In this document: one piece after another, positions 21,933 through 31,800 of the stretch
How the letters are laid out: each line of letters begins with the position of its first letter
Numbering within the stretch: position 1 is the first letter of the stretch
Assembly: GCA_947623555.1 (NCBI GenBank)
Contig: CANQGW010000006.1
Coordinates: 1 to 56,423, forward strand
DNA from: an uncultured Clostridia bacterium
GTDB taxonomy: Bacteria; Bacillota; Clostridia; TANB77; CAG-508
DNA: 56,423 nucleotides
Direction of reading: 5' to 3'
The notes under the pieces: generated by a model
Databases searched by the model: none
What the model was told of the DNA's origin: nothing
What the model saw: the letters and a program-made list of their open reading frames with translations, nothing else
Position numbers and translations under genes: made by a program

Positions 21933-23465
21933 TTAAATTTCATATTTATAATTTATGTATATTTTATTTTCATTATCAATTTCAATTTTATCTATTATTT
22001 CAAATGCAATTTCTCTATTTATATTTTCCATTTTAAAAGTTTTCTCTATTATTGTTCTTATTGTATCGCTTTTTATATTTGTTTTTTGCTTATTTTTAAT
22101 AAGCTCCAATTCCTTCTTTATTCTATTTTTCTCACTTGCCTTGTTTTTATAAAACTTCTTATAATCATCTTCATCTAATAACTTCTCTTTAAAGTCCATA
22201 TAAAGAACCTGCATATCTTTTTCTACTTTCATAATTTCCTTATTTAGCTGTTCTATATCGTACAAATTATTAACTTCATCAGCATACTTTTTAATTAAAT
22301 AAATTATTTTATTTTTATCCAACCTATTTAAAATTTTATTCAAACTTTTGCAAACTATTTCGTTTAAAGCATCTATACTTACACCTTTACTTCCTCTAAT
22401 ACATTCCATTCCTTTGTACCTTTTTAGCCCATTTAAACAACACAACTTTTTCGATTTAATTTTGCCATGATTATTTTTTTCATATTCAACCTTTAATGTC
22501 ATTTTGGCACCACATTCTTTGCAAAACACTAAACCATTTAAACACCACTCATGCTTTTTTCTTTTTATGGTTTTGTTTTTATTTTTCTCAATTTGTACTT
22601 TATTAAATAGCTCTTCAGTAACAATGGGTTCATGTGTGTTATATATAATTTGCCACTCTTCTTTTGGAATGTATTTTCTTTTTTTAGATTTATAGCTCAA
22701 ATTAATTCTTTTTCCATATTCAATGTGCCCTAAATACACCTTATTTTCAAGCATTCTTTTTATAGTTTCTGCTCTCCACTTATACCTTACCTCTCCCATA
22801 TTTGCACTATTATTTGGGCTCGGAATGTTATCATTTTTTAGTTCATTTATTATTTCAAAAATGCTAATTCCCCTGCTATATTCTTTAAATATTCTTTTAA
22901 CAACTCTTGCCTCATTTGGCTCAATTACCAATTTATGTTTATCTTTTTTTGATTTTTTGTAACCATATGGAGCTAAAGTTCCCATAAACATGCCCTTTTC
23001 TTTTCGCGCCCATATGCTAGACTTTATTTTTCTAGATATATCTTTACTATACCAATCATTTATTAAAGTTTTAAATTGTATCATGTCATTGTTAGCATTT
23101 TTTGTACCCGTATCAACATTATCTAACACTGAAATATACCTTATATTTCTTTCTAAAAAATACAATTCTATGTAATAATTAGCCTCAAAACTATTTCGTG
23201 AAAGCCTAGATAAATCCTTGGTTATAATACAATTTATTTTTTTATTTTCTATATCTTCTAACATTTTTTGAAAGCCCGGTCTATTAGTATTTAAACCTGT
23301 ATATCCATCATCAATATAAAATTCTTCAATAGAAAAATTACTTCCTAATTCTTGAATTTTTCTTTCAATTATATTTCTTTGGCTCACAATACTGTCACTT
23401 ATATCTTTATCACCATCTTCTTGAGAAAGCCTTAAATATGCTGCAACTTTATATTCATTTTCCAA
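21933..23465 (-). CDS. Large serine recombinase (second, tandem)
   Basis: YLRLS, DDGYTG, RPGF, KDLSRLSR, APYGY, THEPIV, CKECG. Confidence 0.95.
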   Translation of the reverse strand: MENEYKVAAYLRLSQEDGDKDISDSIVSQRNIIERKIQELGSNFSIEEFYIDDGYTGLNTNRPGFQKMLEDIENKKINCIITKDLSRLSRNSFEANYYIELYFLERNIRYISVLDNVDTGTKNANNDMIQFKTLINDWYSKDISRKIKSSIWARKEKGMFMGTLAPYGYKKSKKDKHKLVIEPNEARVVKRIFKEYSRGISIFEIINELKNDNIPSPNNSANMGEVRYKWRAETIKRMLENKVYLGHIEYGKRINLSYKSKKRKYIPKEEWQIIYNTHEPIVTEELFNKVQIEKNKNKTIKRKKHEWCLNGLVFCKECGAKMTLKVEYEKNNHGKIKSKKLCCLNGLKRYKGMECIRGSKGVSIDALNEIVCKSLNKILNRLDKNKIIYLIKKYADEVNNLYDIEQLNKEIMKVEKDMQVLYMDFKEKLLDEDDYKKFYKNKASEKNRIKKELELIKNKQKTNIKSDTIRTIIEKTFKMENINREIAFEIIDKIEIDNENKIYINYKYEI

Positions 23466-23568
23466 GTTATTTTTCTCCTATTTAGTTTTAGTTTGTAAAT
23501 TGTTAATAACAAAGTTTTTAAAGTAATTAACAATACTTTAATTTAACTTTTGACTTCATGTCCATTTA

Positions 23569-23598
23569 ATATTATTAAAAATTTATAGAATTTATAAC
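23569..23598 (-). promoter_or_regulatory. SigmaE-like promoter upstream of the recombinase pair
   Basis: GTTATA-N16-AATAATAT; same spacing as the clear match at 52990-53019; AT-rich background lowers confidence. Confidence 0.45.
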
Positions 23599-23633
23599 TA
23601 AATTTTGAAAATGTTTTCAGTTTAAATACTGCA

Positions 23634-23663
23634 AAAATTCCAGTGATTTCTCACTGGAATTTT
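23634..23663 (-). terminator. Terminator separating cargo from the recombinases
   Basis: Perfect 13-bp stem AAAATTCCAGTGA-TTTC-TCACTGGAATTTT. Confidence 0.75.
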
Positions 23664-23712
23664 CACTTTATATTATATAAGATTTACTATTTCAGAAAAT
23701 TATTTCTAGCTT

Positions 23713-26700
23713 TTATTTTTTAATTGTAACATTTTTTACTGAACTCCATCCTGAATAGTATTTTACTCTTGATACTGTTTTGTAGCTACGAATACGTACA
23801 TAGTATTTTTTGTTTTTGCTTAATTTTGACACTGTCTTTGACACTGTACTTTTTTTGCTAACAGTTACTTTGCTTACCCCTTTCTTGAAGTTTTTATCTG
23901 TTGAGTATTGAATTTCATATCCTGTTACAGCTGTATTTTTACTCCATTTTATTGTCATTTTCTTTCCTTTTACATTGCTTAATTTAGATATTGAAATTTT
24001 CGGTGGGTTTACTGTAACTGTAACTTTCTTTGTAGCTTTGTTATAAGCTGATGTAGCATTTGCAGTAATTGTGATGGTTGCTTTTCCAATAAAGCCTTTC
24101 TTAATTGTTACTTTGCCACTTCCATTTACTGTTACATTTTTATTGTTACTGCTGTATGTTAATTTTGCATTTCCTGCTTGTTTTGCTCCAATGCTGAAGC
24201 TTTGTGCTTTAGATGAATAGGTTTTAGTGAAGCTAGATGCAGCTGTTATGCTATTATTAGCTTTTTGTACTGTTACAACTATTGATTTTGTTGCTTTATT
24301 ATAACCTGCATTTGCATTAGCTGTAATTGTAATGGTTGCTTTTCCACTAAATCCTGCTTTAATTGTTACTTTGCCACTGCTATTTACTGTTACATTCTTA
24401 TTGTTACTGCTGTATGTTAATTTTGCATTTCCTGCTTGTTTTGCTCCAATACTGAAACTTTGTGCATTTTTAGATGCCTTTTTAGTAAAATTAGATGCTG
24501 TAATTGAATTGTTTACCTTTGTAACTTTAGCTTGACTAGCTGATTTACTTGCTACTGGAGCTTTTGGTGCAGGTAAAACTGTAATTGTAATTTGTTTTGT
24601 TGCTTTTTCATATTTGCTTGTTGCGTTAGCTGTAATTGTAATTACTGCTTTTCCACTAAATCCTGCTTTAACTGTTACGCTTCCGTTTCCATTTACTGCT
24701 ACTTGACTATTGTTACTACTATATGTTAATTTTGCATCACCTTTTTGTTTTGCTCCAATGCTGAAACTTTGTGCTTTAGATGAGTAATTTTTTGTAATGT
24801 TAGATGCTGTAATTGAATTCTGTGCTTTTGCAATTGTAAAGGTTTTGCTTACTGCATTGTTATATTTATTAATACCTGTAACTTTTACACTTGCAGTACC
24901 TGCTAATACGTTGTTATTATATGTTAAAGTATAATCTTTTCCTTCTGATAATTTTTTACTTCCATCTTTAACTGTAACTGTAGGTTCTTTTTTATTTCCG
25001 TCATATACGTAATTTGAAGATGATAGTGAAATTGATGTGCTAGAAATATTTTTTGTTAAATCTTCTGTTTCTGTATATTCACAATTCTTACATTTACGTT
25101 CTCTAATATTTCCTTTTTCTACCCATTCATTAAATTCATGTCCTAATGCTTTATCAACTAATCCTTCTGAATTTAATTGTTGTTTACAAATTTCACAAGT
25201 ATATATGTTTCTATGTGATCCGTTAGTAGTACAAGTTGCTTCTTTTACAATTTCTTTTGTTACATTTATTTTATGGAATTCATATGCTTTAAATGTTATT
25301 TCTGATTTGTTTCCAAATATATCTATAACAACTATATGTTTTTCAACATTATCTAATGCTGGAACTACAAATTCTGCTTTTTTAGCTGTATTTACTCTAT
25401 AATAACTCGAACTTAATTTTTTATCATTTACAGTAATACTTGCTATTCCTGTATCATCTGTTACTGTTACTACTGGTAATGTGCAATAAGTTTCGCCCTC
25501 TTTTACGTTGTCGCTAAATACTGGTTTGTCTTTTTCATATTCTACATGTGTTGCACATACATAACGATAGCTTAAATAATTATTTTCAATGTCTTTTTTA
25601 GTTTTTAATACTGAATCATCTGCTCCCGCAGTTCCTTTAGTTTTACTAGCATATATAGTATATTCTCCATCTGTGAACATTGGTTTTTCATAAAATGCAC
25701 GTTCTCCTGAAATAAGTTCAAATTGTACTCTGGTATCTTCTGGAGCATCAATTTTTATTGTTTGATCCTTTGGAACAGGTTTATTGTCAAGACCATTTGA
25801 TATAGGTGCAATTCCATAATTTTCATCTTCATCTTCTTCTGGTTCAACTTTGCTACTTACATCAACTTTATTGCCAATGTATACTCTGTAACCACTTATT
25901 GCTGTCTTTTTCGCATTTATTTTGATGTTTCCACTTCCTAATCTAATATCACCATTATTTATAATTCCATGATAATCTGGAGCATTAATTGTGATATTAC
26001 CTGTACCAGCAAATACTAAACTATTTTCATCATCATAATTTTCTGCATCTTTATTTTCAAATTTCTGATCTCCAGTTTCAACACTTATACCAGCTTTGAT
26101 ATAGTTTGTACGTTCTGCTGTTGTTACCCACTCATCACCTTTTTGCCTACTTACCTTTCCTACTACTGGCTCTGTATATGCATTAATGGTTAAATTACCA
26201 GAGCCTTCAAATTTAATGCCTTTTACTGGGTAACCTTCAATACCATATCCTGTAACTGTATTATTTCCTTTTAAAATAATTGTAATATGATTTTCACGAG
26301 GTTTTCCTGTATAAGCTGGAACAGAATATGGTTCTTCATCTTCTCCAGTTACTTGTATTCCTCCTTTATCAGCTTCATCTACTGGTAGTATTATCTTTTT
26401 AGCAATAACATTATCTAAAGTTATTGTATAATCTTTTCCATTTTTAACGATCTGGTAATTACCAGTATTTGTACTACCTTCAGTTGATGAACTTACAGAT
26501 TGAGTTTCTGTAAAATCAATACTTGAAAAGTCTATAACTTCACCAGTTATACCTTTTTCTTTTTCATAAGCTTCAACTTCTTGTTTAAGCTTATCAATTT
26601 CTTGTTTTAATTTTGCATCTTCACTTTCGCTTGTTACTGCAAATGCCGTTGGTGCAAATACTGAAAACAACATGATTAAGCACAATAGTAATGATATTAA

Positions 26701-26736
26701 TGACTTTCGGCTTAAATTGATTATACTATTCGTCAT
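23713..26736 (-). CDS. Large secreted/surface protein (beta-helix-like N-region, CxxC segment, three Ig-like repeats, C-terminal FN3-like domain)
   Basis: Signal peptide; G.G.LTI repeats; three NSITA..KAQSFSIGAKQ.G.AKLTYSSNN repeats; VTGYEIQYS...YYVRIRSY...YSGWS ending. Confidence 0.85.
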   Translation of the reverse strand: MTNSIINLSRKSLISLLLCLIMLFSVFAPTAFAVTSESEDAKLKQEIDKLKQEVEAYEKEKGITGEVIDFSSIDFTETQSVSSSTEGSTNTGNYQIVKNGKDYTITLDNVIAKKIILPVDEADKGGIQVTGEDEEPYSVPAYTGKPRENHITIILKGNNTVTGYGIEGYPVKGIKFEGSGNLTINAYTEPVVGKVSRQKGDEWVTTAERTNYIKAGISVETGDQKFENKDAENYDDENSLVFAGTGNITINAPDYHGIINNGDIRLGSGNIKINAKKTAISGYRVYIGNKVDVSSKVEPEEDEDENYGIAPISNGLDNKPVPKDQTIKIDAPEDTRVQFELISGERAFYEKPMFTDGEYTIYASKTKGTAGADDSVLKTKKDIENNYLSYRYVCATHVEYEKDKPVFSDNVKEGETYCTLPVVTVTDDTGIASITVNDKKLSSSYYRVNTAKKAEFVVPALDNVEKHIVVIDIFGNKSEITFKAYEFHKINVTKEIVKEATCTTNGSHRNIYTCEICKQQLNSEGLVDKALGHEFNEWVEKGNIRERKCKNCEYTETEDLTKNISSTSISLSSSNYVYDGNKKEPTVTVKDGSKKLSEGKDYTLTYNNNVLAGTASVKVTGINKYNNAVSKTFTIAKAQNSITASNITKNYSSKAQSFSIGAKQKGDAKLTYSSNNSQVAVNGNGSVTVKAGFSGKAVITITANATSKYEKATKQITITVLPAPKAPVASKSASQAKVTKVNNSITASNFTKKASKNAQSFSIGAKQAGNAKLTYSSNNKNVTVNSSGKVTIKAGFSGKATITITANANAGYNKATKSIVVTVQKANNSITAASSFTKTYSSKAQSFSIGAKQAGNAKLTYSSNNKNVTVNGSGKVTIKKGFIGKATITITANATSAYNKATKKVTVTVNPPKISISKLSNVKGKKMTIKWSKNTAVTGYEIQYSTDKNFKKGVSKVTVSKKSTVSKTVSKLSKNKKYYVRIRSYKTVSRVKYYSGWSSVKNVTIKK

Positions 26737-26811
26737 ATAAATTCCCCCCTTATTTATTTATATATAATATATTATATGCTTTTTTTCCCTTAAAATCAAT
26801 GCTTTTTTTAA

Positions 26812-26836
26812 AAATCTGTAACTTTGTTACAGATTT
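26812..26836. promoter_or_regulatory. Palindromic operator candidate
   Basis: AAATCTGTAAC-TTT-GTTACAGATTT, a perfect 11-bp inverted repeat just upstream of TTGATT-N17-TATAAT (26799-26771). Confidence 0.55.
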
Positions 26837-26852
26837 ATCTCTTTTAATCAAT

Positions 26853-26893
26853 AAAGTGATGTAATAGTCAAAAATAGACCATTACATCACTTT
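26853..26893 (-). terminator. Hairpin after the 49-aa ORF
   Basis: AAAGTGATGTAAT...ATTACATCACTTT stem abutting the stop codon. Confidence 0.7.
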
Positions 26894-27042
26894 TAGAAAT
26901 ATAAATGTATTAATTTACATATAACTTCATAAAGCTCTTCTATTCCTCGCGGATTTTCCACACATCTTGTTATTACTTTGTATTTTTTATTATCTATTTC
27001 ATAAGTTATTACATTTTGTTCACTTTTTTCATTCTGTAGCAT
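26893..27042 (-). CDS. Small 49-aa protein, TnpW-like; candidate recombination directionality factor
   Basis: Below the ORF-track cutoff; AGGAGGTG RBS; MLQNEKSEQNVITYEIDNKKYKVITRCVENPRGIEELYEVICKLIHLYF*. Confidence 0.7.
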   Translation of the reverse strand: MLQNEKSEQNVITYEIDNKKYKVITRCVENPRGIEELYEVICKLIHLYF

Positions 27043-27069
27043 ATACATACACCTCCTAAATTCTCTTAA

Positions 27070-27099
27070 AAACTATTAGCATTTGCTTTAATTTATGAC
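27070..27099 (-). promoter_or_regulatory. SigmaE-like promoter of the 49-aa ORF
   Basis: GTCATA-N16-AATAGTTT, ending about 13 bp upstream of the RBS. Confidence 0.5.
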
Positions 27100-27185
27100 T
27101 AATTTTTTTAGCTTTATCTAAAATAAAGTTTGCCTCTTTTATTGTCTTTTTAAGATGATGTGAGTGTATTCGAATAAAAAAAATG

Positions 27186-27205
27186 AGACCTACTTATGTA
27201 GGTCT
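27186..27205 (-). terminator. Terminator after the recoded LPXTG gene
   Basis: AGACCTAC-TTAT-GTAGGTCT plus T-run, 5 bp after the recoded stop at 27211. Confidence 0.75.
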
Positions 27206-27210
27206 AGTTT

Positions 27211-28832
27211 TTATTTTATATCTTTATATTTACCATATTGTCTATAGAAGAAAACGCCTAGCAATGTTATAGCAATTAAAGAAACTAAAATAACCGATTT
27301 TACACCTGTTTGTGGGAGTACTCCGCTTCGCAATAGTATCATCTTCTGTCTCCTTTGGAGTTTCTCCGTGTAGTAGAAGATACATTATCCCATTGGAAGT
27401 TATCACTTGTGTAAGCCCATAAATCCCATGAGTCTGTTGAAGATGATAACCAAGCCTGTCCTAATGTAACTCCCTCAATTGGGTAATATTTTCCGTTCTC
27501 ATCATCAAATTCTACATATATATAATAATATCCTTTGTGTTGAAGTAATTTGCTTCCATCAAAAAGTGATGTATCACTTCTAAAATATGCCTTATCTGTT
27601 GTTGTTAAGTTTTGTGAATATATTGAGTCATGACTTTTCGCATAATTTAATAACTCTGTAATCCCTGTGTAATCATTTTTTTGAATTTTAGATAATATTG
27701 AATTATCTGTAACTTTACCAATTTTTAATGTGAATTTTCTATTTTTAACTTCTGCCGGAAAATTAAAGTTTATATATGTATAGTTATTTTTTTCATTACT
27801 TGTTGTACTATTCCAATAACCTATACTAAAAGTTTGCAATATTAAATTTAAATTTGGTAATTCTGCCCTTGTTATTTTTTTGCCTTCTGTAACAAATTTA
27901 GTTACATAACTTATATATTCACCACTTTCATTGAAATAAACATCTCCTAATCTTGACTCTTGCAATATCCATATATACATATCTTGATTTAATTCAGCAT
28001 ATTTTGAAATATTACTAGTATATATATAATTTTCATCTGTATTTATTGAAAATTTTTCAACAATATTTTTCATTTTTTCCATATCTATTGATCCATAAGA
28101 TAACTTTGTAATATTAGGTTTTGTATTGTCTGATGTAATTATATAGTAATAACTTGTATAATTATCAACATTAGGTTTTATTCCTTTAATTTGTAAAGTT
28201 TCTGTTTCCCAATTTAATTCTGTTTCGTATTCAGCATTTGAAAAATCAGTAAATTCAGGTGCATCATACACAATAACTTCACAAGTATCCGAAGCTCCAG
28301 CAACAGAGGCTGTAACCATTGCCTTTCCCTGTTTAACTGCTTTTATTACACCTGTTGCTTTATCTACTGTAACTGTATTTGGATCGTTACTTGTCCAAGT
28401 AACAGATGGATTAGAAACTTCTTCAAAGTTTCCATCTTCAACTTTTGCAACTAGCTTTTCAGTATCATGTTCTCCTATAATTAAATTTACTGCCGAGACA
28501 CTACTATCTTCATTTCCACCAATAATTATTCCACTATATACTACATTTACTTCACAAGTTACTGTTTTCCCTTCTCTTGTGGCTTTTATATTGGTTTTTC
28601 CTATTTTTTTGCCTGTTACTGTACCATTATCAACACTTGCTATATCATTATTATCACTTTCCCATGTAATTTCTCCATTTCCTCCGTTGCAATGTATAAA
28701 TGCTGTCCCATTTAAATTAACATTTAATTTTTCTTCTTCAAAAGAGAAATCAGTTACAGCATTGACTCTGATACTAAATATAGTCATAATGAAAAATGTT
28801 GCAAATACTATTAATAATATTTTTCTTTTCAT
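27211..28832 (-). CDS. Ig-like (Big_2) LPXTG surface protein with two +1 frameshifts at CGGA (27365-27368, 27322-27325); 539 aa if recoded
   Basis: Signal peptide; TW.S.N...V..G Ig repeats; recoded tail GETPKETEDDTIAK-GVLPQTGVKSVILVSLIAITLLGVFFYRQYGKYKDIK*. Confidence 0.88.
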
Positions 28833-28854
28833 TTTTTACCCCTTTCTTACTTTT

Positions 28855-31800
28855 TTATTTAATGTATTTACTTAATGTTTTGTATCTAATATATACAAAT
28901 ATTCCTACACCTGTCATGATTACTCCTAAAACGAGTGTTATAATTGTTACACCTGTTTGTGGTAATCTACCACCAGCTACTGTATCATCTTCTTCTTTAT
29001 CTGATTTATCAGTACCAGTATTGCTTGATTGCAAGTTTTCTGTTTTAGTATTATCTACATAGGTTTCAATTTGTTTATCTGTTTCTAATTTCATTGGTTT
29101 TGAAATTGCTATACTTTGATCCTCACCTTTTATTGCCACTTCTTTTATATATAAATACAAAGTTTCTTCACTTGCTATTTTATTGTAGTTAGTAAGCTTT
29201 CTTGAATCTATTGTGAATTGTAATTTATTGCTATCGTTTTGGTTTTCAGTAATTTTAGTCCAGCCAGTTATATCTTGTTCATTTGGGTCTGGAGATAGAT
29301 AATAATAATATTCCACCGTATCATTATCCATATTTCTTGAAATGTCATCAATTTCTACATTTATTAATGTATAATTTTGTGAATTGTTTGTAAAGTAATA
29401 TGCTTGTACTTTTTGTATTTCTGTTCTAATATTATCAAAATTAGAATTTATTGCTTTACTTCTAACAGTTATTGCTTGAGTTGTTGTTTTTCCCTCATAT
29501 TCTATCGTTACCGAAGTTTGGTTTACATTCAAGTTTGTTCCATTTTCTACTTTATAATCTATTATCTCATAGGTATCATTATCTTGATATGTTCCAGTAA
29601 CTACCATTCCTGTTTTATCAAAATCCTCTCCTACCAAATATTCCTTTTTATTTGGCTCTTTAGTAATTGCTATGCTTTGCAAAGGATTTGGAGTAACCGT
29701 TATAAGTTGTTTTACTGTTTGTCCTCCATAAGAAATCGTTACGTATGTTTGATTACCCTTCAAATTATTACCGTCTTCTATTTTATAATCTGTTATGGTT
29801 TTAGTTGTACCATTTTTATATTTAGCCTCAATTACCATACCATCTTTTTTGAAACTTTGTCCCTCCTTATAAGTTGTAACATCAGGCGCATGAGCTACTT
29901 GCAGGCTTGTTATAGTGTTTGCTTGTACTTTTATAGGTTGTTCTACACTTTTATCATTATATGTTATTTTTACACTTGTTTGTCCTACTTTCAAATTACT
30001 GTTATTAGTTATACTATACTCTCCAGCTTTAAGTACAACTGTTGGATCTTTTTTCCTATTATAATATGCTGTAACTTCCATTCCGTTCGTTTCGAAATTG
30101 TCTCCCTCAAAATAATCAGTTTTAGTAGGCTGTTTTGTAACTGCAATTTTCTCTAATGATCCATCATATATGTGTGATACTGTAAATGCCTTAATTGTAC
30201 TATCTCCATCAGATAAATCACTACCTGCCTGTGATGTAGACAGTTGTCCTAAATCCTGCCATTGACAATTACTTAAATCATTTCCTGTTGCCACAAAGCA
30301 TTTTCCTTTTTCTACTTGTACAACATCCCATTGTTCAATATCATCCACTGGGGCTTCTAAACTTAAATCTAGTGTACTTTCTGTTCCCTCTATTTCTATA
30401 ACTACTGCAAACTTATCTCCTGTTAGCTCCACTGGCTTTGCAAACTCTAATGTATGGTAACCTGTATTAAATTTTTCTGTATTTCCATCTTTTAATTGAA
30501 TTTGTTTTAATTCACTTTTTGTCTTACCATCTCCAGTAGGATTTACATACACTTTACAAGTATAAGTTTCTGGTGCATATAGCGAAACTTGTGTAAGATA
30601 CTCTTTGCTACTCTTATTTTTTCTATTAAAAATATTACACAACATAATTTTGTTTGAAAATGCTTTAATTCCAGAAGCAGGATAATACTCATCATATTGG
30701 TAAATATTTTCATAATCAGTATCATCTCCTGCTTTTACTATTCCACAAAGTGTTTTTGATATATTACTATCTTCATAAGATACATACATAAGACCATTGT
30801 CCCCAATTTCCATACTAGCAGTATCTCCTTCAATAGTAAAACCTAGTTGTTGTATCATTTGGTTAGTAATTTGTGATGGATCAGTAACAGTATGTATACC
30901 TAATTCTTGTAATTGTTTAAATAACTCTTGCCTTAATTCTTCTAATTTGTATTCTTCTTTTTCTCCCCAAGAGTTTCTTATAATCCAAGCACCATCTGAT
31001 TCAGGTTGTGCATCTTCATTAAAACTTTCTTTTGGAAAATTATCATTCCATCCTATTATAGAAACAGCATGATCTGATTTATGCATAATTGAATTATTAC
31101 AATATTTAGCACTTGTTTCATTATTGTAACAAGGAAATATTGTTGATGTAGAAGAATCTCCATGTATAGACGCATATACAGAACCATAGTTTTGAATATG
31201 TTGCTTTATTTGATTCATTATTTCATTTTTCTTATTATCATCTACACTTTCATAATCTTCGAATTCAATAGTATCATACACTTGGCTCGTAACTGTTTTA
31301 TTTTGTATTAAACTTAACGCTATTAAATCTTCATTATTTTCAAACTCCATATCATTCTCATCAATTGCACCTGTTCCATTTGTTAGATATGATTGTGCAT
31401 AATACCAATTTCCACCATCTCCAACTTGCCTATTATATCCTTGTGGATTTTCTTGATCTGTAAACTTTTTACTCGTAGCATATTCCATGTGTCTTTCAGA
31501 AAAGTCGTAAACTTTTGAAGTATTTGTGTTTGCGTTTCTATTTGCTAATGCAAGATTTGTTTCCAAGGAAGATAATGTTGCAAAAGCCCAACAAGTATTA
31601 GTTTGCATTTGGTTTCTTATTACTAAATTATTAGGAATTATATTTTTTAAATTAAATGTTGTATCAAAATTGGCAGTTATCATCTTTGCCTTATAAAGTG
31701 GGTTTTTAGAAATATTACTTGTATTTTTTACATCATACATTCTTGGTTGTATAACTTTACTCTTTTCTTCATCAGATAGTTCTAGCCATTTTTTAAAATC

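Noticed and set aside
9829-27368. Homopolymer sequencing error or simple CGG-to-amino-acid reassignment as the explanation of the CGGA sites
   Set aside because: The extra C is not in a C run at any site, and a triplet reassignment would not restore the frame. A platform-specific systematic error is still not excluded without reads.
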